Source: Candidatus Ozemobacteraceae bacterium (lineage in GTDB: Bacteria > Muiribacteriota > Ozemobacteria > Ozemobacterales > Ozemobacteraceae). From it: a DNA stretch of 64,000 nucleotides. The stretch spans positions 1,696,001-1,760,000 of the forward strand of contig OZ223236.1 in assembly GCA_965140445.1 (NCBI GenBank), read 5' to 3'. Below the pieces are notes generated by a model, which saw only the letters and a program-made list of their open reading frames with translations, did no database searches and was not told where the DNA came from. The position numbers were made by a program, and so were the translations under genes. Every line of letters starts with the position of its first letter. Position 1 is the first letter of the stretch. Below are positions 48,936 through 59,300 of the stretch, in pieces.

Positions 48936-49223
48936 GTGAATAAATCAGAACTCGTAAAAGCAATTGCCAAAAAGGCCGACCTTACCAATGCTGCAGCTCA
49001 GGCTGTTCTTGAAGCTTTCGTTGACGCTGTGAAAACTAGTCTCAAAAAAGGTGACAAAGTTCAGTTGATCGGATTTGGTTCTTTTTCAACTCTTAAACGC
49101 GCTGCTCGCAAAGGCGTTAATCCTCAGACCAAAAAGACAATCAAAATCGCAGCTAAAAAAGTTGCCAAGTTTGTTCCTGGTAAAGAATTGAAAGAACTTG
49201 TTAACAGCAAAAAGAAAAAATAA
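48936..49223 (+). CDS. hup: DNA-binding protein HU
   Basis: MNKSELVKAIA, GDKVQLIGFGSF, RKGVNPQT and KFVPGKELK; AGGAGG SD; TTGTGT-N17-TATAAT promoter at 48874-48902. Confidence 0.97.
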   Translation: MNKSELVKAIAKKADLTNAAAQAVLEAFVDAVKTSLKKGDKVQLIGFGSFSTLKRAARKGVNPQTKKTIKIAAKKVAKFVPGKELKELVNSKKKK

Positions 49224-49233
49224 TTTCTGAATC

Positions 49234-49270
49234 AAAAAAGAACCCCGCCAAAAGCGGGGTTCTTTTTTGT
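49234..49270 (+). terminator. Intrinsic terminator after HU
   Basis: aaaaaagaaccccgc / gcggggttctttttt. Confidence 0.85.
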
Positions 49271-49354
49271 TAAAAAAAAGTAAAAATGAACTCTTGACTT
49301 TGGTTAAATTAAAAATATATTTCATAAATTAAATAATCAGCTGGAGAATAGCTT

Positions 49355-50176
49355 TTGGAGATTTCCAGTTTTACTCACACTGGAATGGTGAGGAAAAACA
49401 ACGAAGATTCCTTTTTGATAATTCCCCCTTGGAGCGGAATTGCCATTGATAAGGAAGTTTGCCTGTTTGCTGTCGCAGATGGAATGGGAGGGCAGAACGC
49501 AGGTGAAGTTGCTTCTGCAATTGTCGTAGAAGCAGCTGGAAATTGGGTTCGCTCAAAAGATTCAATAAATGTTTGCGAAGAAGAGATTGAAGAACTTTTT
49601 AGTCTGGTTAATCAAGAAGTCTGGGATTATTCACAAAAACATGCTGAAACAAAAGGAATGGGCACGACTTTAACTTTGGTATTGATGAATCAGACCAAAG
49701 CGATTGTTGGTCATGTTGGTGATACCAGGTTATATTTGCTTAGAGACAGCAGTTTTGATCAGTTGACCAAAGACCATTCTCTTGTTGCAGAACAGGTTAA
49801 AATAGGTAAAATAACCCAAGAAGCTGCCAGGACTCATCCTGCACGTCATATTCTCAGTCGTGTTGTGGGCGGTAGGCAGTTTATAAAGCCTGATGTATTT
49901 GAGCTTGAAGTTCAGTCTGGCGATAGGTTTTTAATCTGTTCTGATGGTATTTATGGAATGGTGGAAGAAGTTGTAATTGAGGAGATCGTTAAAAATAATC
50001 CTTTAAAAGTAGCCTCAAAAAAACTTGTTCAAGAGGCTAATCAATGCGGTGGAAAAGACAATTCAACCGTGATTCTTGTCGATATAGAAAAATTCCCGCA
50101 GGAGTTCCCGGGGAAGCTTTCTCTTGGTAGAATAAAAAAAATAATTTCTCATTGGGGTGAAACTGGAATTAAGTAA
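49355..50176 (+). CDS. PP2C-family Ser/Thr phosphatase (Stp1/PrpC-like)
   Basis: Motifs RKNNED, VADGMGG, GTT, HVGDTRLY, CSDG and GGKDNST. Confidence 0.95.
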   Translation: MEISSFTHTGMVRKNNEDSFLIIPPWSGIAIDKEVCLFAVADGMGGQNAGEVASAIVVEAAGNWVRSKDSINVCEEEIEELFSLVNQEVWDYSQKHAETKGMGTTLTLVLMNQTKAIVGHVGDTRLYLLRDSSFDQLTKDHSLVAEQVKIGKITQEAARTHPARHILSRVVGGRQFIKPDVFELEVQSGDRFLICSDGIYGMVEEVVIEEIVKNNPLKVASKKLVQEANQCGGKDNSTVILVDIEKFPQEFPGKLSLGRIKKIISHWGETGIK

Positions 50177-50245
50177 CCATTTTGTGGTAATAATAAAGGT
50201 TTTATATAAAAATGGAAAAATGAAATCTGGAGGTTTCCTTTAAAA

Positions 50246-50800
50246 ATGGATTTGACTCTAATCTTGATCGCGATTGGTATTATCGTTGTAATTGTGATTA
50301 TTGTCTTTGTTTTGACTTCAAAAGACAAAGGTAAGGATCAGGAAAAGAAGGTGGTAACTGCTGCCACTGAGGAAAAGAAAGAAACAATTACCCATAAAAG
50401 GTTCAAACAAGTTCTTTCTGGAAATGATTTGCAAAGTGACATGAAGGCGGAAGAAGAAGAATTGTTAACTAAATATACTGCAGGAACCGGCGAAGGCATT
50501 AACGAAGTAGAAAAGTTGCTAGAAGGCGACCCAAACAACGTTGACCTTTTAGATTGGCTGGCATTTATGTATTACAGCAACAATAACATTGATAAAGCTA
50601 TCGAAACTTATAAGCGCGCTCTGGCCATAAAACCAGATAATGAAAACCAGCACTACTATCTTGCAAACAGCTATTTTAAGAAGGGCATGTATGCTGAAGG
50701 CAAAAAAGAATGGAATGAAGTTATTAGATTAAAACCTAATTCCAAAATTGCCAAAAATGCTCAGGAAAGAATTGATTATATAGCTTCACAAGGTAAATAG
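50246..50800 (+). CDS. Membrane-anchored TPR protein
   Basis: N-terminal TM; TPR repeats such as KAIETYKRALAIKPDN. Confidence 0.88.
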   Translation: MDLTLILIAIGIIVVIVIIVFVLTSKDKGKDQEKKVVTAATEEKKETITHKRFKQVLSGNDLQSDMKAEEEELLTKYTAGTGEGINEVEKLLEGDPNNVDLLDWLAFMYYSNNNIDKAIETYKRALAIKPDNENQHYYLANSYFKKGMYAEGKKEWNEVIRLKPNSKIAKNAQERIDYIASQGK

Positions 50801-50822
50801 TATCTGTTCTTGAAAGGGAAAT

Positions 50823-52451
50823 ATGCCAGTCGTTAATCCTCCAGAATTAACGCGTTACCATCTGCTCGACCTTATTGGTTGCGGTGGAATGGGCTCTGTT
50901 TACATTGGCTACCAACTTGAGACCGAAAAGCTGGTAGCTATTAAAATTCTTGCGCCTGAAGTGTCTAATATTCCTGCTGTTTTGGAACAGTTTAAGCAGG
51001 AAGGGCAGATTCTTGGGGCTCTTCACCACCAAAACATCGTCAAATATCTTGATCAAGGATATGAGGGCGATCACCATTATTTGGTGATGGACTACGTGAA
51101 GGGGTTGTCTTTAGATAATTTCCCACTGGGTCACTCGATGACAACCATGGGGATAAAGCAAACCCTTCCTACAATTGAAGAATACCTGTCTGTGTTTATT
51201 GGCTGTTTTGAAGCCCTTGCGTATGTTCATAAAAAAGGTCTGGTTCATAGAGATATTAAACCGCAGAATATTATTCTCCGCGGAAGCGAATATAAGCCTT
51301 GCTTGATTGATTTTGGCATTGCCAAATACGTTGAGGAAGATGATGATCTAAATCTTACTGGCGAGGGGATGTTTACTGTTGCCTATGCTAGTCCTGAGCA
51401 ACTTACAAATAAACCAGTAGATTTCGTTTCTGATCTGTTTTCTTTTGGCGTTGTAATGTACGAAAAGCTAACTGGCCATCTTCCGTTTCAAGGACGTAAG
51501 GCCATGCAGGTTTTTATTGAGCAGACCAAGTGGAATTTCCCGCCCCCAAGACAGTTGAATCCAAGTATTCCGCAAAAGCTTGAACAGATTGTTTTAAAGC
51601 TGCTTACAAGAGACCCTAGTTTGAGGTATCCCACTGCTGAAATGGTTCAGGGTGAGCTTGAGCGATTGCTTGAGGTTACTAAACAAGGTAAGCAGGGATT
51701 GGCTCTTAGCGGTATTTCTGGTGATATTCGTGGTGTTCAAATTGCTCGACGTGGATTTAAGAAAAGAACGGTTAGTGAAGAGCAGGTTATTCTTAAAAAG
51801 AGCAGAGCGGAATTTGTAGATGCCCGTCAAAAGCTAAAGGTTGAAAGAGCCAGATTAAGGCCCGATTATGAAAAAGTCGAAATTTTATCAACTTTATGTG
51901 ATACGCTCCAGAATGAGTATGATAAGCTGCAAAATCAGCTAAAGATGGCATTAGGCTTCAAATCTCAGCCTTTGGTAGTTGATAAGTGTAATTCAATTTT
52001 CAAAATGGAAACCATAGCATTTGAAAAAAGAGGAATTCCATTTAATATCAACACAATTGAGCAAAGACTCACTACCACTGAAGGAAAAGATATTATCGTA
52101 GGAAGCTTAAATTTTACTGAAAGAGCAAAAAGATCTTACTCTATAAATAAGAGGGACTCCTTTTTGGCCTGGGATCATTCAAATTGGTTCTTTGGTTCCT
52201 ATGAAGAAAAAGATTTTCCAATTTTTGTAATGCTCGGGGATAAGAATATGCCTAAGTGTCCAGCCGGTTTTAAAGGCTTCTTCTGGCCCTATGAATTTTT
52301 ACTTGCTATTCACAAGCTTGGTTGGACAGGAGTTTCAATAGTAGAAAACTTTAGCGGTGTTGACAGAAGTGGACGAGCGGTGTTTGCCGAACATAAAGAA
52401 ACGATTCTGTTTTCTCAGAATATCTTTGATAAAATTCTAGGTGTTCGCTAA
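50823..52451 (+). CDS. Hanks-type Ser/Thr protein kinase with coiled coil and unknown C-terminal domain
   Basis: Motifs IGCGGMGSVY, VAIK, HRDIKPQN, DFG, YASPE and SDLFSFG; no TM segment. Confidence 0.93.
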   Translation: MPVVNPPELTRYHLLDLIGCGGMGSVYIGYQLETEKLVAIKILAPEVSNIPAVLEQFKQEGQILGALHHQNIVKYLDQGYEGDHHYLVMDYVKGLSLDNFPLGHSMTTMGIKQTLPTIEEYLSVFIGCFEALAYVHKKGLVHRDIKPQNIILRGSEYKPCLIDFGIAKYVEEDDDLNLTGEGMFTVAYASPEQLTNKPVDFVSDLFSFGVVMYEKLTGHLPFQGRKAMQVFIEQTKWNFPPPRQLNPSIPQKLEQIVLKLLTRDPSLRYPTAEMVQGELERLLEVTKQGKQGLALSGISGDIRGVQIARRGFKKRTVSEEQVILKKSRAEFVDARQKLKVERARLRPDYEKVEILSTLCDTLQNEYDKLQNQLKMALGFKSQPLVVDKCNSIFKMETIAFEKRGIPFNINTIEQRLTTTEGKDIIVGSLNFTERAKRSYSINKRDSFLAWDHSNWFFGSYEEKDFPIFVMLGDKNMPKCPAGFKGFFWPYEFLLAIHKLGWTGVSIVENFSGVDRSGRAVFAEHKETILFSQNIFDKILGVR

Positions 52452-52920
52452 TTTAAGGCTAACAATGGAAACAAGAAAATTCATTCAAGAACTAATTAAA
52501 TCTTATAGCAAACTTCGAGTTGCAAATGAGTCCTTTGTTCAAAGTAAGGTGGATCTGGAAAAGTTTCAATCTCTTATTGACCAGCGAGCTTTGATCTTTG
52601 AGGATCTTCAGATTCTCGAGACTGAAATATCTAATTTTTTTCAAAGAGAGACGAAATTAGAAACAGCAGAAAAGCTGCCTTTGAAGATTTTAAAAATAGC
52701 AACTCAGCAGTCCAATGATCCCGAGGCTCAGGAATTGTATTCCAACTTATTAAGTGAACTTGAGTCGCTAGTGCTCTCAGATAAAGCTGTGGAAGAGTTT
52801 GTTGGTCAGCAGAAGGCTGAAGTTAAGGCTGAGTTAAATAAGGTTCGGAGAGGGAAGGCTATCAGAGGATATGCTCAAACCGGACCAATCGGTAGTTGTT
52901 TCATTAACAAAATAAAATAG
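52441..52920 (+). CDS. Hypothetical helical protein (FlgN/FliT-like chaperone appearance)
   Basis: All-helical 159 aa; C-terminal ELNKVRRGKAIRGY...FINKIK resembles FlgN/FliT-like tails. Start may be ATG 52465. Confidence 0.5.
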   Translation: MFANLRLTMETRKFIQELIKSYSKLRVANESFVQSKVDLEKFQSLIDQRALIFEDLQILETEISNFFQRETKLETAEKLPLKILKIATQQSNDPEAQELYSNLLSELESLVLSDKAVEEFVGQQKAEVKAELNKVRRGKAIRGYAQTGPIGSCFINKIK

Positions 52921-52950
52921 GGCTTTTTCCTTGGAAAAAGCCCTATTCTT
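52916..52950. terminator. Bidirectional terminator
   Basis: aatagggctttttcc / ggaaaaagccctatt between convergent genes. Confidence 0.8.
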
Positions 52951-52968
52951 GTTTAAGTTTAACTTGTT

Positions 52969-53292
52969 TTAGAACATTCCTGGAATATTCATTCCACCAG
53001 TAATATCGCCCATTTCTTCCTGAACCATTTCCTGCGATTTTTTTAGCCCTGCATTTACTGCTGACAAAACAAGATCCTGCAATGTTTCTACATCTTCTGG
53101 GTCTACTGCTTCAGGATTGATTTCAATCTTAAGCAATTCTTGTCCACCACTGAAAACGACTTTAACCATTCCGCCGCCTACTGTAGTTTCTACTGTTTTG
53201 TCTTTGAGGCCTTCCTGAGCTTTCTGGATTTGTTCTTGCATTTTCTGAGCCTGTTTCATTAGGCCCTGCATGTTGAAACCACCTTTACCCAT
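52969..53292 (-). CDS. ybaB: YbaB/EbfC nucleoid-associated protein
   Basis: Motifs NMQGLMKQAQKMQ, GGGMVKV, DPEDVETLQDLVLSAVN and GGMNIPGMF. Confidence 0.95.
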   Translation of the reverse strand: MGKGGFNMQGLMKQAQKMQEQIQKAQEGLKDKTVETTVGGGMVKVVFSGGQELLKIEINPEAVDPEDVETLQDLVLSAVNAGLKKSQEMVQEEMGDITGGMNIPGMF

Positions 53293-53340
53293 TGTGTTAC
53301 TCCTTAATAAACTAAATTAACAGATCAAATAATATCAGAA

Positions 53341-56300
53341 TCAGCGTAAAACCGCAAATTTACCTTTGGCTCTTTTTCTGGTTGTTGGATAGGCTGCGTC
53401 TGATTCGAGAGAGATTTTGAAGAAATAAACGCCGTTGGCTATTCTGCTTGGTATTCTCCATGTATGTCGGTTCTCGCCTTCCTGCCCTCGTAAGTATTTC
53501 CCGTAAACCTGATCCCCTGCAGTGTCAAAAACTCTCAGTTCAAGATTTCCTGGAAAATTAAGGTAATAGGTGAAAGTTACCTGATTTCCACGTGCAGGAC
53601 TAGGATAAACAAAAACGTTGTCTAAGCGGTTTTCTGGGAGATACTTAATTGAAGTTTTTATCGATGGGTCTTTATCGGAAACGATATATATTGTTTCGCC
53701 GGGAAGTGCTTTCAGTTGACCAGATGAAGCTCGCGAAAACTCTGAATTAATGGTCACAAATGTTCTGAAGCTATTTGAATGTGCGGCAATTTCATATGCT
53801 CTGGTTTTGAATCCAGCTCTATCTGATTCTGAATATATCCAGACTACTGTGTTGTCCTGGGTATACCAGTTTAGGTCTTCGGCAACAATTTCAATAAAGA
53901 GACTTGGGTTTAAAAGTCGACCGCTAACTGGTTTGGCGAAATTCTTTTCTGAGAAAAGATTTACTCCCAAAATCTTCTGTGGAGAAGCAGAGTTAGAGAG
54001 TTTGTAAAAATATTTTTTTTGATCATTTGATAATTGGGGGGCAGAAAGCTCTATCCATTCACCTGGATTAAGACTTAGCGGATGCTGCGGAATTGCTTTA
54101 GTAGGGCTAATGTTAAATTGACACCGAAATTTTCCGCTTCCGGTAGCGGCTGGTTCTAATTTCAGTGAAGCAGTTTGAGTAGAAGTTGCTGCTTGCTTGA
54201 TATTTAATGAATAACTAATTGAAGAATCCAGCTGAGCAGTGTTGGAGGCAGATACTTCTACGTAGATTGTATTTTGTGTAAGAGTATCTCCTGTAATCGG
54301 AAGGAGGAAATCTGAATCTGTATAGAGGTTTATTCCTTGCTGTCCACCAGTTGAGAAAATCCTTGGTGCTGGATTCAATGGTTGTCCCAGATAGTCTGTC
54401 AGGCCGGAGAACAGTATTGTACAGCTAGCATTAGCTGGTAGAGCTTTTGCAGGGTTCCAGGCAAGGTTGTAACTGTCTGTTGAGTTAAGAGAAAGATTAA
54501 AGTTTGTAACTCCCTGGGAATGAGAAACGGAAACTGCATTGTTGGCAGTTTTTGCACTCATTTTTCTTGAGAAGCTCGCAACGATTGAAGTTACGTCAGA
54601 AACATTTGTTGCACCGGTGGCTGGAAAAATTCCCAACAGGTTTGGTAGAGAGGCTATTTTGAAGCTGAGAGAAGGGGTTGTGAAAAATTGAAGTGTTGCT
54701 GTTGCGTTTTCGGAATAACTGCCTGGAAGAGAAAATGAATTTTTAAAAGAACCCGGGAAACCTGCCACTTCGGGGAGCACTATTTGATAGCTTGACGTTC
54801 CAATGGAAATGGCCACAGTCCTTGTTTCTGCCCTTGTTTCAAAAGCATTTGTTGTAGTTGCCAGAATTTCTATGTTTCCAGCTGCTGCTTCCATAGTCTG
54901 GCTGATTGGTTTTAGCGATTCCGGGGATAATCCTGTATAAATTTCCATTGATGCACTGGTGATGCTGAGAGTAGAAAAGCTAAGTGATTCTGGGTTCAGA
55001 AACAATCCGTTGGAATCATGAAGAGATGTATTAATTGAGATTCTGTTAATTGTGCCTGTCGCCCAACCAAATTTGGGTGAAACTGAAATTGTTTTGTTCA
55101 AATTTGTTGTGCTGAAATCCAGTAGAGTTGGAGAAGATGAATTTTGGCTCTGACTTGTTAAACCTAATTGAAGAGTTGATGGATTAATGGGTTGACTAAA
55201 AGTTAATTCTATTGGCTTGTCTAAAAATAAATTTGTGGAGCCAGAAGCTGGGTTAACAGAGGTTATCTTCGTTCGATTGGAAACTACAATGTTGAGATTA
55301 AAGGTTGTATTTACCTGTGATTGAACTTTGATGGTTGTTCCGACCGGCAAATTTACAGGCAGGGCGTATCTGTAGATTCCAGAAGGTGGGTCGGTTTCCA
55401 CCATAACTAACTCTAGTCCATCAATGGTGCCGTCGCTAGAATCTATTCTTAATTTTGCTGTGTCAATGGTTGAGAAAGAAAGATCGTTAGCAACCAATTC
55501 CAGATATAGAGTCCCATTTGTAGCAACGGCCAGTGTGGAGGTAGCATAATTGCTTGTTTCAAAATTTGCCAGTTTTGAAATAATGGTTGGAGGGGGCGGG
55601 GGAGGCTGAGTTTCAAATCTGCTAATTATTGTTTTTCCAAGTAAATTCCCGGCAGTGTCTTTTATGGTTGCAGGCACTCTCATTTCATAAAGACTAACCA
55701 GGGACAAAATGTTATTCGGTTGGATGCGTATTTGCTTGCCGCTAGGACTCGTTGAAATGGTGGACGGAACTTCAAGGCCAGTGGAAACTTTTATCAGCTT
55801 AAAATTTGAAAGACTTACATCGGAGGGAGATACTGGACGACTAAAATTCCAGCTTGGCCATGTATCTGCCGCAACACCTGTTGAACCGCTTGCTGGGGTA
55901 AATGATAAAACGGAGAAAGCTGGAAGAATATTAAGTTGAGATTCTAACCATGGAGCTTTTTCTGGAATGATTCTCAATAGTCCTTCCTGTGAAGGAGCGA
56001 TGAATTGACCTGCAAATTTGCCAGCAAGACCTTCAGTGCATGTGAAAAGGCTTGTTGAGGCAATTGTGGAAAATTTGACTGGGGTCGTTTCTGTCTTATT
56101 AAAGAAAGAATCGGATCCACTTAAAAGAGTGTAGATGATGGTGTTTTGCTCTATGCTGCTCCCGCTGGCAATAGACTGAGTGCGCGCTGCATCTTTGAAT
56201 AGCTCTAGTGTTGAGAATGTTGGGGTCAGGGTTGTAAATGAAGCTGTAAAATTCTGTAAAGGTAAATTGTCGGTATCCTTTAAGATTGGTTCTATCTGTA

Positions 56301-59300
56301 AAATTACTATGGCGGAAGGTTCCAGCTCACTCATAATTTTAATGGATGTCGGAGCGGTTTGGGTAAGGGTGTAGGATGCAAGGTTTCCGTTGGAAATAAG
56401 CTTTATACTTGATGTAGAAATGGTTGGGGCAGAAATGTTTTTATTAAAGCCCAAAGTAAATTCATTGTTCAAATAGAGATTTAAGCTTCCCGAAGCTGGC
56501 GAAATGCTGGTTACTTTTGGATAATAAAAGGTTTTAAGGCTTTTGTTTATAGTAGGGTTTGTGAGCGAAGAAAACAAAATAGAGGCCGATTCATCAGAAA
56601 ACACTTCTTTCGAACCTCTAAAAATTCCAGTATTTACTCCTGTTTCTACTAATGTAACGGTAAATGAAGCGGCGGTTTTGTCTGAGCTGATTGTTATTTT
56701 CGTTGAGTCGTTTGTGACGTTAGATAAATCTACTGCAGATATCTGAACAAATATTTCAGATGATGGTGCAATCATGTCATTATTTGCAAGTTCCGTTGTA
56801 AACGCAGAATTAGAAAACAATCTTATAGAATTAACTGTGACCGGGGGAACTGATGTGATTTGTGTTTTAAAAGTTGAAAGATAAGTCGTTAGGGTTGTAT
56901 TTCCAATCTCGTCTCTGATATTTGATGCTCTGATAAAATAGTCTGTAGCGTATTCTAGAGGAGACATGGGGGTTATAACGATTTTCTTCCCGGTGGCATT
57001 GTATGCAACGTTTATTGGAATGCTTGATCCGCCGGATTTTATTAATTGGATACTGGATGTGCTCACTGTAGAAGCATTTAGTTGTTCATCTGCAAGAAGT
57101 TCAATAGCTGTATTTATTGATACATTTGTTGCTCCAGATGCTGGGATACTCTGAGATAGGGATGGATATGAGAGCAGTAGGGTTTGACTTGCTGCTGGAT
57201 TTGTTTTTGAGCTTGCAATAAGTTTGAAACCATTCCCAAGTGGGCTGTAGTTGTATGATCCTCTAAATAAGCCGGTATTAAATCCGGTTTCCATCAACTG
57301 AATATTTACACCGGTAGAAATGCTTGCAATTGTCGAGTCAATAGTATTTGGGGCAAGGTCTGTGCCTGTAATCTCCAGATATATGGTTCCTGAACCGGGA
57401 AAGTCCGAATTAGTATTCAATTCGCTTAATGCATTGTAGGTGGGGGATGAGTAAATCTTGAATTGCGATATCGCAGATGGGGGAGTTTGTGCAGCCTGAG
57501 TGGTAAAAGAGAATAAGAAGTCTCTAAATAGTGGGTTTCCAGTTGTTGAGGTTAAGCCGTCGTTGGCGTATTTTCCAGAAACAGAGATTTTGCTGGAATA
57601 CGGCAGAGAGCTGCTTGGTGTAAAAGTTATGCTTTTTTTGTCAGTAGATAGCAATCTGCTGCCTGAAATAGGTGTTGCTCCAGAGGCCACTATGAAGCTT
57701 GTTGAGCTTCCTGGAGACGATAAAGGGATGTTGAAAGCGGTTGTAATATTGCTGTCTACCCTTACATTTATTGCTCCAGAAGCATTGCTAACCCCAGAAA
57801 TACCTTGAACAAGAGTCTTAGGATGATCTACCGATGGAAACCCAAGTGTTAAAGTCGCAATTTTACTTGGTGTTATTTCAGGGAAAACGCTTATAGTTGC
57901 TATGCTTAGCGGCGGTTGTGGGGTTGGGTAACCGTATACCGGGAGCGAATTCAGGTTAAAGCTTCCGGTAAAAAGTCCAGATGAATTTGAGGCTGTTTCC
58001 TGAAGCGCTATTTTGTATAAAGGCCCCCAGGAAAGGGATAGCGAAATTGTTGCCAGATCCTGCGTTTGGGTTGCCCCATCAACGCCTGTTGTCTTTATAT
58101 AGATTGTGCTTGTCGCTGGAATGGATTCCATTGCAGCAAATCCGTCTGTATATAAGGCATCTCTATAAAGATTTATACTTACAAGTGATGAGGGCTGGGT
58201 TATGGCTGGTTGTGTGCTGAAGCTGAAAGTAAAGGTGGCAGGAACGTTCGAGAGACCATTTCCGGCTAAGTCAGTAACAGAAGGGCCGACTTGACATACG
58301 TAGGTGGATTCTGTGGTTAGAAGACTCTCAGAGGAGTCGTCTGGATCTATGGTTATCTTATTCCCTGAAACTATTGCTGTATAGCTCGCGGGAAGGCCAT
58401 TGCGCGTGATTTTTATTGTTCCGGGGGTTGCAGAGCTGGCGAGCATATCTTCTGAGAACGAAAGAGAAATTCTCTGGTCTATTGTAACGTTGCTGGCACC
58501 ATTTGCCGGATAGTTTCCAGTGAGAGTTGGAGGAATTATGTCCTCAATTTTAAAACTGTAGATGAGAGGGGACAGTTGTGGATTTCCTTTTGAATCCAGA
58601 AGACCTGAAACGGTAACAACGTAAGTTTTTTCGCTTTGCATCAAAGACGTGGGCGATAAAGTGATTTGGCGGGTAATTGCATTATAAGACCTGTTTACAT
58701 CAACGCTTGTGCCATTTAATGTTAGCTTTAAATTAGTTGAGTTAATGGAAGCAGGATTTATGGCTTCATCTGCCTGAATTGTTATTGTGCTGTTAACAGG
58801 AACATTTGTTGCTGCGGATGCTGGCGATATGGGAGTGGCTCGTGGATAAGTTATTAGAAGTGATGCGCTGGAAGTTGGAGTTTTTGCAGAATCAACCTTA
58901 AGATTGAACCTGTCAGGTAGCGAGTTAAAGCTGTAAGAACCCCGGAATACCCCAGTGAAAGAAGCGGTTTCAGTTAAATTAACTGTTAATCCGGTTGAAA
59001 TGGATGCAATTGCATAGTCTCTTGTTAAGCTTGAGCCATCTACTCCTGTCATTTTGATGTATATGGTGCCGGTTGCAGAAAAATCCTCGTTATGGGGAAG
59101 CAGGGAGGAGAATCCAGAGTCAGAGTATAAACTAACGTTTGAGATCGAAATTGGTCTTGTTTGTGAAGCTTGAGTAGAGAAGCTGCTAGTGTAAGTTGCG
59201 GGATTATTGAAGTAAGGATTGCCTTTTAAGTCTTGAATTCCATACCCAAACTGAATTTGATATGTGCTGTCTGGAAATAGATAGCCTTCACTTGAGTCAT

